Shown here: positions 18,630 through 25,846 of the stretch, piece after piece
Numbering within the stretch: position 1 is the stretch's first letter
Layout of the letters: every line of letters starts with the position of its first letter
Source: a virus
Lineage: Duplodnaviria; Caudoviricetes
Length of the DNA: 26,585 bases
IMG/VR virus record: IMGVR_UViG_3300032083_000170
Coordinates: 1 to 26,585 of that record
Reading direction: 5' to 3' (one strand)
Position numbers and translations under genes: made by a program
Notes under the pieces: generated by a model
Seen by the model: the letters and a program-made list of their open reading frames with translations, nothing else
The model's database searches: none
Told to the model about the DNA's origin: nothing

Positions 18630-18847
18630 TTATTACTGATATTCCATTGTTTAACTACTGAGTCTAAACCAAAGGCTGCACCAGCAAAGGTAAAGATTGG
18701 CAGGTTAAGTACCTTTACTGCCTCACCTGCTAAGGAGTTTCCGAAGAAGACCCATAAGCAAATCAGCAATAGAAGAACTGCCAACAATAGGGCTGCCACT
18801 TCCCTCTTCAAGGTCTTTTGCTTCTTCGGTAAGGCTTGATCTGTCAT
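18626..18847 (-). CDS. Putative holin with two hydrophobic segments
   Basis: 73 aa with VAALLLAVLLLLICLWVFF and LNLPIFTFAGAAFGL after a basic N-terminus. AAGGA RBS. It is adjacent to the endolysin and has an ATGA overlap with terL. Confidence 0.65.
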   Translation of the reverse strand: MTDQALPKKQKTLKREVAALLLAVLLLLICLWVFFGNSLAGEAVKVLNLPIFTFAGAAFGLDSVVKQWNISNK

Positions 18848-19271
18848 TAAGGTAATCCTTTACGTTAAAACCGGGACAGGCTTTGGAGGACACCTCGTTA
18901 TGTCCACGTATTATAGCACCTGAATATTCTGCTGTCAAGCTATCTAGTAAAGTATTTAGAGCTTTTCTTTGTTTTTCTGTATAATGCTCTTCGAACTTAT
19001 CGTTAGCATCAGAACCAAATCCACCTACAATACAAATACCGATAGAGTTTTTGTTGTGGCCTTTAGCATGAGCACCTGCTTTTTCTACTGGCCTTCCGGG
19101 GCAGACAACACCATTACGATCAAGAACGAAATGATAACCTATATCTGCCCATCCTCTTTCCTCTACATGCCACCTACGGATCTCTTCAACCTTATCAATG
19201 CAGTTAGACTTCTCCATCCAGTGAGGTTTAGTTGCACTGCAATGTACAAAGATTTCGTTGATGTTTCTCAT
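18723..19271 (-). CDS. Endolysin, N-acetylmuramoyl-L-alanine amidase (T7 lysozyme / Amidase_2 family)
   Basis: VHCSAT, RGWADIGYHF, GAHAKGHNKNSIGIC and GHNEVSSKACPGF supply the His/His/Cys Zn ligands and the catalytic Tyr/Lys pattern. Confidence 0.93.
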   Translation of the reverse strand: MRNINEIFVHCSATKPHWMEKSNCIDKVEEIRRWHVEERGWADIGYHFVLDRNGVVCPGRPVEKAGAHAKGHNKNSIGICIVGGFGSDANDKFEEHYTEKQRKALNTLLDSLTAEYSGAIIRGHNEVSSKACPGFNVKDYLNDRSSLTEEAKDLEEGSGSPIVGSSSIADLLMGLLRKLLSR

Positions 19272-19525
19272 TGATTAGCCATCTTTTCTACTGATTCTCT
19301 AATAGCTTTAATATTCTCATCCATACGACCAAGAGTTACAGCTTGGGCCTGAACGATATTCTCAAGAGAACCTAAACGAGTTTCATTACGAATAATGTCT
19401 CTTGCATTGGCCTTTACGGCACTGTCTAAACTGGAGATATACCAGACAAGAGCTATTGTCTGTGCAACGATAGCCAGTACCAGAGTTACAGGTACTGACT
19501 TACTGAGGTGCCAATTATCTTCCAT
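19268..19525 (-). CDS. Single-TM coiled-coil membrane protein (holin, antiholin or XhlA-like candidate)
   Basis: TM segment VPVTLVLAIVAQTIALVWYI followed by a heptad helix. ATGA overlap with the amidase gene. Confidence 0.6.
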   Translation of the reverse strand: MEDNWHLSKSVPVTLVLAIVAQTIALVWYISSLDSAVKANARDIIRNETRLGSLENIVQAQAVTLGRMDENIKAIRESVEKMANQ

Positions 19526-19533
19526 GACACCCT

Positions 19534-19830
19534 CTAAGCTACGAAGACGTCTTTAGAACCGAAGTCACGATTATCCGATATACGGATGACAACAGAGCCT
19601 GAGGAATACCCTGAGACAGTTGCTCGATAATAGACTTCCTCTGCATCAAACCCTACACCCTCGTAGTTAGATGTAAAGGTATCAGCATCGAACCATGTGC
19701 TGTTGTCCCAGCTACGTTGTACTGTAACTGTAGCAGACCATGTACCAGAGATAGAAAGGTTGAAGTGACCAACTACCTGCAGAGAGGCTGTGCTTGCGTT
19801 AGAGCTAATTGTTTCTGTTACAGCAACCAT
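19534..19830 (-). CDS. Hypothetical small beta-sandwich protein, probably virion-associated
   Basis: 98 aa, Ser/Thr/Val-rich (LSISGTWSATVTVQRSWDNSTW). GGAG RBS. Confidence 0.65.
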   Translation of the reverse strand: MVAVTETISSNASTASLQVVGHFNLSISGTWSATVTVQRSWDNSTWFDADTFTSNYEGVGFDAEEVYYRATVSGYSSGSVVIRISDNRDFGSKDVFVA

Positions 19831-19832
19831 GA

Positions 19833-20087
19833 TTACTCTCCCTCTGCCTGAGCAGCCGCATAAGCAGCCTTAACCGCATCACTGAATACTGGAGTACAGA
19901 TAGCAGCAACATCAGCATCTTCTGCTGAGAGATCAGCATCAGGCATTACCACATGACGGTGGAATGTACGGCTGATTTCTGTGCCATCTTCACTGATGAT
20001 GGTCGCCGTGCGAACTTGCACTGATGACCAGTCACCATTGTTAATTACTTCGATCTTGTCGTTAAGTGTTGATTTAGTCAGTGCCAT
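19833..20087 (-). CDS. Probable tail-fibre-associated/chaperone protein, 84 aa
   Basis: The start is better placed at ATG 20087 behind AGGAGG than at TTG 20120. Motif DKIEV...VQVRTATII.EDG.EISRTFHRHVV.P...V.AIC. It lies downstream of the fibre genes. Function is inferred from position. Confidence 0.65.
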   Translation of the reverse strand: MALTKSTLNDKIEVINNGDWSSVQVRTATIISEDGTEISRTFHRHVVMPDADLSAEDADVAAICTPVFSDAVKAAYAAAQAEGE

Positions 20088-20126
20088 GTTTACCTCCTTG
20101 GCTGGACTGTCCACCCTCAAAGGGCA

Positions 20127-21503
20127 TTAAGTAATATTGTTTATGACGTAAGCCACTGGTCGATTTGTTGATCCTGTTCCAGCAAGAGTTGTAAATGTAA
20201 TTAAATCTCCAGATGATGGAGTTAAGTTTGCCCCTGTCGCAGTAACAATAAATGTTCCATTTACAATCGTGGTGTTTCCATCACCAAACTTTACAGAAAA
20301 AACATCGCCTGATGTTGTGCCTGTAAATTGAGTAATGGAGGTAGCCCCAGTGTTTGCAGTGTGCAGAGAGTTGATGCCACGAACGTCTGGGGTTGTATCG
20401 CCATCGGTAATTGTTTGGACTGTGTCTGTAGTTGTTCCAGCTAAACTATTTCTGTAAATAATTTTACCGTCCGTTGTTCCACTGTCAGTAATTTCAGTAA
20501 GAACATTTAAACCATAATTGCCATCAATAATAGAATACTTGTCACCTTCATCAGACCCTAATCGCACTTGCGAATTAGACTGAAATTGATTTGCAAAAAT
20601 TGTAATTCCTACATAATTCTGGCAGTCAACAGCATTGCCAACCGAACCGTTTTGGAAATTGTTATGTCCAATAAAAACATTACTTGATATTACACCGCCG
20701 CCACTACTATCACCAACTTGAATATGACCATTTGTTGGAGTGCCCTCGAAAGAACAGTTAGTAATCTTAGTTAAATCAGTGCCAACATAAATATTAGATA
20801 AACCACTTCCCTCAATGATTGAATTAGTAATAACGTGTTCTGCGCCATTGATTAAAGCAATTTGATAAGCTGTGCCCGCAGGATCATCTCCATTATTTTT
20901 AATTGTACAACTATCCATAACAAAAAGCTGTGGGCCTTGAGCAGAAACAAAATCATTTTCAACAATGACACCCCGACCGTCTGAGTTCCTCACTTCAGAT
21001 GAGTGCATAACAAAGTTTTGTGGACGTCCAAACCTTATACCAACAGAATTAGCTTGATCTACTTTTACACGTTCCATCTTTCCATTTAAGGGGTAGTTAA
21101 CTTTTAATAGGTTTGTCTCACTGCTAGAAGCATTACTAAAAATCTGGATGTCTCTAATCGTCCAACCCCAGAAAGTACCGCCTCCGATGTTGTGATAACC
21201 AACATCCATTGCCACACCACTAGATATATTAAATTCTAAGATAGTACTTTCAGAACCTTCACCAATAACATGAACCTCATTGCGTTCAATCTTAATGCCA
21301 GAGGTCATATAGTAAGTTCCAGCAGGAAAATATATTGGAACCTTCCTAGCTTCAGCCGCATCAATAGCTGCCTGTATTCCAGCAGAAACATCAACAGAAC
21401 CTGTTTTGGCTACTACATCAGTAATCTGAGCATCAGACAAATAATCAAGAGCATTGACCATCATGTCTGCAATCATACGAGATTTTACTTTAGTTAATGC
21501 CAT
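20127..21503 (-). CDS. Tailspike with right-handed beta-helix (pectate-lyase-like depolymerase fold)
   Basis: DVSAGIQAAIDAA...IYFPAGTYYM...VIGEGSESTIL helix cap, then repeated Asn/Ile/Gly-rich coils (ITNSIIEG, ITNCSFEG, IGHNNFQN, IFANQFQS). Confidence 0.8.
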   Translation of the reverse strand: MALTKVKSRMIADMMVNALDYLSDAQITDVVAKTGSVDVSAGIQAAIDAAEARKVPIYFPAGTYYMTSGIKIERNEVHVIGEGSESTILEFNISSGVAMDVGYHNIGGGTFWGWTIRDIQIFSNASSSETNLLKVNYPLNGKMERVKVDQANSVGIRFGRPQNFVMHSSEVRNSDGRGVIVENDFVSAQGPQLFVMDSCTIKNNGDDPAGTAYQIALINGAEHVITNSIIEGSGLSNIYVGTDLTKITNCSFEGTPTNGHIQVGDSSGGGVISSNVFIGHNNFQNGSVGNAVDCQNYVGITIFANQFQSNSQVRLGSDEGDKYSIIDGNYGLNVLTEITDSGTTDGKIIYRNSLAGTTTDTVQTITDGDTTPDVRGINSLHTANTGATSITQFTGTTSGDVFSVKFGDGNTTIVNGTFIVTATGANLTPSSGDLITFTTLAGTGSTNRPVAYVINNIT

Positions 21504-21512
21504 TTGATTTCC

Positions 21513-22244
21513 TTACGAAGATTGATAGCAAATAGAAATAATTACAGTGTTATCATTTGCTCCAGTATTTAAGTCAGCAATAGCTAAAGCATTATTGGAT
21601 GATCCATTTGAAGTTGTTTGATAATATAAAACTAATTCAGACCCAGAAGCTTGAGCAATATGAGGATGATCGCCGGTAAAGTCTGCCGCCCAAACAATAG
21701 CAGAATTGCGAGAGTTCGCAGCAGCAAATGGTAAACCACCGATACGAACAGTGCCACTTGCAGAGCCAACCGTAATCCCATCAGTCCTTAGGTACACACG
21801 AGCATTAACCATATTACCAACTTTAGTGTAATGACCTTCTTGTGTATCATAATTTACACTGTCAAAATCTGTACCCGTTGTTACATACGTTGGGGTAAAG
21901 ACACCCTCTTCATAGTCATCGAGGTGTGTTGCAGTAGTCTGAGAACCAAAGTAAACCCCAGTGCTTACATACACATTACGCCAAAAGTTTGAGGCACCAC
22001 CAATATCTCTTGTGCCATTTTGAATTGCTGAGCCACCGTTTGTTGGCAACACACTTTGTGCACCAAAGGTAATCCCAGTTGTTGTTCCAGATAGCTGAGC
22101 CTGACCAGATAATGAACGAACACCGCCTACATCTACGCCATTCTCAAGGATTGTGATTTCATCTGTTACAGACACATCTTTTGCAGACACATCATTGAAC
22201 TCTGGGTTTCTTCCGAAGATGCCGCCGTTTTGTTTGATAGTCAT
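21513..22244 (-). CDS. Tail fibre / receptor-binding protein
   Basis: 243 aa. LDDYEEGVFTP...GHYTKVGNMV...IGGLPF is a C-terminal domain pattern common in phage fibre tips. AAGGA RBS. Confidence 0.7.
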   Translation of the reverse strand: MTIKQNGGIFGRNPEFNDVSAKDVSVTDEITILENGVDVGGVRSLSGQAQLSGTTTGITFGAQSVLPTNGGSAIQNGTRDIGGASNFWRNVYVSTGVYFGSQTTATHLDDYEEGVFTPTYVTTGTDFDSVNYDTQEGHYTKVGNMVNARVYLRTDGITVGSASGTVRIGGLPFAAANSRNSAIVWAADFTGDHPHIAQASGSELVLYYQTTSNGSSNNALAIADLNTGANDNTVIISICYQSS

Positions 22245-22261
22245 TGTGTAATTCCTTTATC

Positions 22262-24880
22262 CTACGACAGTGCCGTTATGATGCCATTAACAACAGTTAT
22301 TGATGATGGGCTGGCTACAGTGCCATTAAATGGTGCTGTAAGTGGACGGCTTTCAACTAAAAGATCTCCAAGGTATGCTTCAAAATCTCCTGCAATATTT
22401 GATCCAAACAAACCAAAGTCAATTTTTGTATCATTCCCATGAGCACTATCTACAGTAGCAAACCTAAGTATCTCTGTGCTATCAAGCAGAACTCTAGTAC
22501 CACCAATTCCATTCCCGTCATCTGTGATATTTTCTATTGATATATTGTGCTTTGTGTTTGCTGATAAATTTACTGTAGATGCTCTTGGCTGCACCAAAGT
22601 AGTATCGGCTGTGTCTGAGAAATATACAACTTGCAACTGCACAGATGTAGAAACCACACGAAGCCTAAGTATTAAATGCGATGAAGTAGTGCCCGATAAA
22701 AGCCTCATTAAATTAACAACTCTAACAAGCCCATATCCAACAATGTCATCAACATCAGGAAGCCAGAGATTAAAAGAAACCTTGTTTGCTTGTGTCATTG
22801 TTAATGAACGACGAAGATTGCAACTATCCTGAGATGCCGAAACAACAGTATGTAAAGATTTTTCAGCAGCATCCCACGGTGCAGTAGCAATTACAGGAGC
22901 AGGTGATGTTCCAGTTAAAGTATATGCTGAAAGAGTTCCACTAAAGTCTTCATCTAGTAATGTTGAGTAAGCACCTGCAATCTTAGTGGAGGGAGCAAAG
23001 CTACCCTTGACGTTATTGAAAACCGCAGTTGCTTGATCTGTAAACGTAGAGCCAGATGTTGTAAGCACATTGTCTTCGTTTAGCTGTTGAGGTGTTCCTC
23101 CCTCAGCCCAACCAATCCATAGATTTGCTAGAGCCTGTCTTTCTTCATATGTAGCTGGATGCACATCATCAGAGAAATAAGAAGTATGATCTTTTTCACC
23201 AACTTCATACTCAGTTGATACATCAAAGAATGGCAAACTCCAATATGCTGCTATGTCACGAATGACCTCTCCGTTTGCCCACACGTCATTGCTTGGAGAA
23301 TCATTTGTAAATTCAGAAGGAGCAGAACATAGAATAATCTCAGGCTGACTATAATCGTAAAGTGCTGCCTGACCTTTAGTAAAGTAGATTAAGAAATCCC
23401 AAGCTCCATGAACTGTTGTTCTATCTAACTTGTAAAGTGTTCCACTGGTTACTGTTCCAGTTAAGGAAGATGTATCATAAGCAATAGTTACTACATTAGT
23501 TGATATAGACTGTACTCTACCAGCAGCAAAAGCAAAACCTGAAACGCCTGATGAGGTAAGACCTACTGCATCTCCAACCGCAAATAAACCACCGTTGCTT
23601 ACAGTAATTGCAGTAGTTGAGCCAAAGGCTACTGATGAAATTGTTGAAGATATAGTAGAAGGATCACCGGCAGCTAACTTGCGGTCATTATGATTGTGGT
23701 CAAGAACAACAACATCGACCTCGCCTTCACTAAAGACATTGCCAATTCTAAACTCGCAAGTCATTTCTGATGCTTTTGTAATAGGGTCATAAGCATCATC
23801 AAATACTGAACCAGCACCATACAATGCAAGACCAGCCGCCACGTCTGCTGCTGTCATTGACAAACGACGAACCTGCTGAACATCTCCATCTGGAGTAATG
23901 GCAGCTATGCCTTCAAAGGTTCCCCTAGAACCTGCAAAGGCATTATTAACTACCTCTGCACCTAATGTACTTCCTAAAATTTCAGGATAGCTATCACCCC
24001 CATCAGTACCAAAAGCTGGAATTGAAGTGCCAAGCCAAAGAACTTTTTTATCTTTCCAACCTAAAACTCTGGATTTAGTAGACCGAGTTTTAATTTGATA
24101 ATCATAGAATGATGAACGAGGACGATACTGTTCTTGAATACTATTTGTGTTATTAGAAAGAATTTTACCGTTATAAGTTTCAAGGCTTAAGGCAAGAGAT
24201 GATGCTGTACTTAAATAAGTCTTGCCTTCTAGGTCATATGGGCCAATGCCATATGTGTTTGCGTGGTTAATTGCAGCAGTGTCATTTGTTACTCCATCAC
24301 CAACAGCACCAAAATCTTTTAGAGTTACACGTTCTTGCAGCTTGGCTTCGACAGTACGATCCTGAGCACCTGTGCTACCTTGGTTATAAATAATAGCTGA
24401 AGCATCAGAACCATTAAGAGTATCTGTGTTAGTAGGATAAACAATCTCAATCGAGGAATTAAGAGGAGGTGCTTCTGAAAAGGTAATAGTTGTACCTGAC
24501 AAACTAAAACTAGCCTTGTTCTGGTACACACCGTCTATGTATATATTTACGTTGTTTTCAATCTGAGGGTTGGTTGTCAGGGAGTAGGATACTGTAGTCC
24601 CATCTCCTGTGTAGTTTGCTGTAAGGTATGTAGTCTCAAAACTAACGTCACCCGGTACAAGGGCTACACCATTAATATAAAGTGTATTAACATAAACATC
24701 ATCAGCATTTAGGATGTCATTACTGTTCATGTCTAAGTCAGCACCCATAGAGTTAGGGGTACTACCGTCTAATGACAGTGTGTTGTCAAACTTATCTCGT
24801 AGGTTCTCGAAGTTAGTGTTCAGTGCTTGCCGACTGTAATAGCCAGAAGCAATGGTTGTAATATCAGGTTTCTTAGCCAC
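22262..24880 (-). CDS. Main tailspike/fibre with SGNH/GDSL esterase domain
   Basis: GTG start with AAGGA RBS. N-terminal anchor LNTNFENL...LSLDGSTPNSMGADLDMNSNDILN, an Ig-like module, the neck VTLKDFGAVGDGVTNDTAA, and SGNH blocks WLGTSIP, NNAFAGS, DHNHND and DDVHP. Confidence 0.8.
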   Translation of the reverse strand: MAKKPDITTIASGYYSRQALNTNFENLRDKFDNTLSLDGSTPNSMGADLDMNSNDILNADDVYVNTLYINGVALVPGDVSFETTYLTANYTGDGTTVSYSLTTNPQIENNVNIYIDGVYQNKASFSLSGTTITFSEAPPLNSSIEIVYPTNTDTLNGSDASAIIYNQGSTGAQDRTVEAKLQERVTLKDFGAVGDGVTNDTAAINHANTYGIGPYDLEGKTYLSTASSLALSLETYNGKILSNNTNSIQEQYRPRSSFYDYQIKTRSTKSRVLGWKDKKVLWLGTSIPAFGTDGGDSYPEILGSTLGAEVVNNAFAGSRGTFEGIAAITPDGDVQQVRRLSMTAADVAAGLALYGAGSVFDDAYDPITKASEMTCEFRIGNVFSEGEVDVVVLDHNHNDRKLAAGDPSTISSTISSVAFGSTTAITVSNGGLFAVGDAVGLTSSGVSGFAFAAGRVQSISTNVVTIAYDTSSLTGTVTSGTLYKLDRTTVHGAWDFLIYFTKGQAALYDYSQPEIILCSAPSEFTNDSPSNDVWANGEVIRDIAAYWSLPFFDVSTEYEVGEKDHTSYFSDDVHPATYEERQALANLWIGWAEGGTPQQLNEDNVLTTSGSTFTDQATAVFNNVKGSFAPSTKIAGAYSTLLDEDFSGTLSAYTLTGTSPAPVIATAPWDAAEKSLHTVVSASQDSCNLRRSLTMTQANKVSFNLWLPDVDDIVGYGLVRVVNLMRLLSGTTSSHLILRLRVVSTSVQLQVVYFSDTADTTLVQPRASTVNLSANTKHNISIENITDDGNGIGGTRVLLDSTEILRFATVDSAHGNDTKIDFGLFGSNIAGDFEAYLGDLLVESRPLTAPFNGTVASPSSITVVNGIITALS

Positions 24881-24912
24881 GTTGTATATCCTTTACCAGT
24901 GGTGGATACTAA

Positions 24913-25443
24913 TTAGTTAAATCTTTTAAGACCCAGCCGTTCAGCTTCTTCATCAAGCATCTTCATGGCGGCTGTATCCATGTCCTGCTCTTCTTTCTCT
25001 TGTAGCTTCTGCTTAGACTTAGAAGCAGGTTCCTTCTCAATCCAACCTCGTTCCAACAACAACTTAGCAGCAGTGAAAGAACTACGACCACCCTCAGTCA
25101 TCTCTTCAGCAATAGCTACGATAGCCTGAGACTTAACCTTGATGTCTGCTTCCCTTCTCCACCGGGCAACAAAAGGCTTGACCTGTGGGGCTTCCCGGAT
25201 AACCTCCCAAACATACCAGCTACCAAATACCGTCATAGCAAATGTATACTCAGTAGGATCTTGAGGTACTAAACTTGTAAACAACTTATGAAGTGAGAGG
25301 TAAGTCGTACCGTTTCGGTCTACATCCTCTTCCTTTGTTGTAAACAAGACATGCTCAGGATTGTCGTAAGACAGTTCGTAGAACAACGACTTGGTTCTGA
25401 CAACACCCTTAATAGTACGGAAGGATTCAGGTTTAAACAGCAT
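24913..25443 (-). CDS. Putative terminase small subunit (tentative)
   Basis: ATG 25443 has an AAGGA RBS, whereas ATG 25479 has none. 176 aa and helical, with DPTEYTFA..VFGSW..W and SFTAAKLLLERGW; the latter resembles the TerS oligomerisation helix. No other TerS candidate is present. The CDS is solid, the function is inferred. Confidence 0.5.
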   Translation of the reverse strand: MLFKPESFRTIKGVVRTKSLFYELSYDNPEHVLFTTKEEDVDRNGTTYLSLHKLFTSLVPQDPTEYTFAMTVFGSWYVWEVIREAPQVKPFVARWRREADIKVKSQAIVAIAEEMTEGGRSSFTAAKLLLERGWIEKEPASKSKQKLQEKEEQDMDTAAMKMLDEEAERLGLKRFN

Positions 25444-25501
25444 CAAGAGGTTTCCTTGCAAGAATACTAGATAAATCATTATCTAGCTAAACATAAAAAG
25501 A

Positions 25502-25531
25502 AGTATAGCATATAACAACAACAGAAGTCAA
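25502..25531 (-). promoter_or_regulatory. Sigma70-like promoter for the morphogenesis arm
   Basis: TTGACT (25531-25526), 18-nt spacer, then TATACT (25507-25502) preceded by TGc, an extended -10. Confidence 0.7.
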
Positions 25532-25538
25532 CACCTTT

Positions 25539-25753
25539 CTTTAAGAATAGGACAACAAAGAATTTCGATTCATCCATTGACAAGTCAACAACAATAGTGT
25601 ACCCTCTATTATTCTTTAAGGATACCCTTAAAGGATCTATACTTTAATTTATTTATAAACTCTAGTATCTATACTTTAAGATTACTTAAAGGGTACCCTT
25701 AAAGAATAGATCCTTAAAGTATACACCGCCATGTGTTTGTTGTAGTATACACC
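25539..25753. repeat. AT-rich array of CTTAAAG/CTTTAAG heptamers with direct and inverted repeats
   Basis: CTTTAAG at 25539, 25614 and 25674. CTTAAAG at 25627, 25685, 25698 and 25713. Direct repeats ATCTATACTTTAA (25635, 25667), TACCCTTAAAG (25623, 25694) and AGTATACACC (25718, 25744). Palindrome AAGGGTACCCTT at 25689-25700. Confidence 0.85.
25577..25605 (+). promoter_or_regulatory. Possible rightward sigma70-like promoter
   Basis: Perfect TTGACA (25577-25582), 17-nt spacer, then TACCCT (25600-25605). The -10 is weak. Confidence 0.35.
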
Positions 25754-25846
25754 CCGCCCCACCTGCAGAATAGTCTCTGAGAGCCACAGAGAGGCCCGTA
25801 CAGAGCCTTCTCTTATAGCTTGGCTACCCTTACCGCCTAAAGGGTA

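Noticed and set aside
20088-20120. N-terminal extension MRVDSPAKEVN of the 95-aa ORF
   Set aside because: It uses a TTG start without an RBS. AGGAGG sits correctly before ATG 20087.
3644-24531. Alternative-frame minus-strand ORFs (3644-3838, 11583-11873, 14220-14465, 15471-15692, 15711-15950, 16719-16952, 24325-24531)
   Set aside because: They are nested in conserved structural genes, have no protein-like features, and I noticed no convincing RBS. This contrasts with the spanin and holin overlaps, which have clear signals.
20127-24880. Diversity-generating retroelement or invertible cassette acting on the fibre genes
   Set aside because: There is no reverse transcriptase or recombinase in the window, and I saw no template/variable repeat pair by eye. 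A self dot-plot would be the definitive test.
24887-24908. Possible RBS-sequestering stem (TATCC...GGATA) before the 872-aa tailspike
   Set aside because: It is only 5 bp and AT-rich, too weak to distinguish from chance without conservation data.
25444-25479. Upstream ATG for the putative terS
   Set aside because: It has no Shine-Dalgarno sequence. AAGGA precedes ATG 25443 instead.
25539-25753. CRISPR array or tRNA interpretation of the repeat region
   Set aside because: The repeats are 7-13 bp, irregularly spaced and in both orientations. There is no repeat-spacer periodicity and no cloverleaf or T-loop motif.
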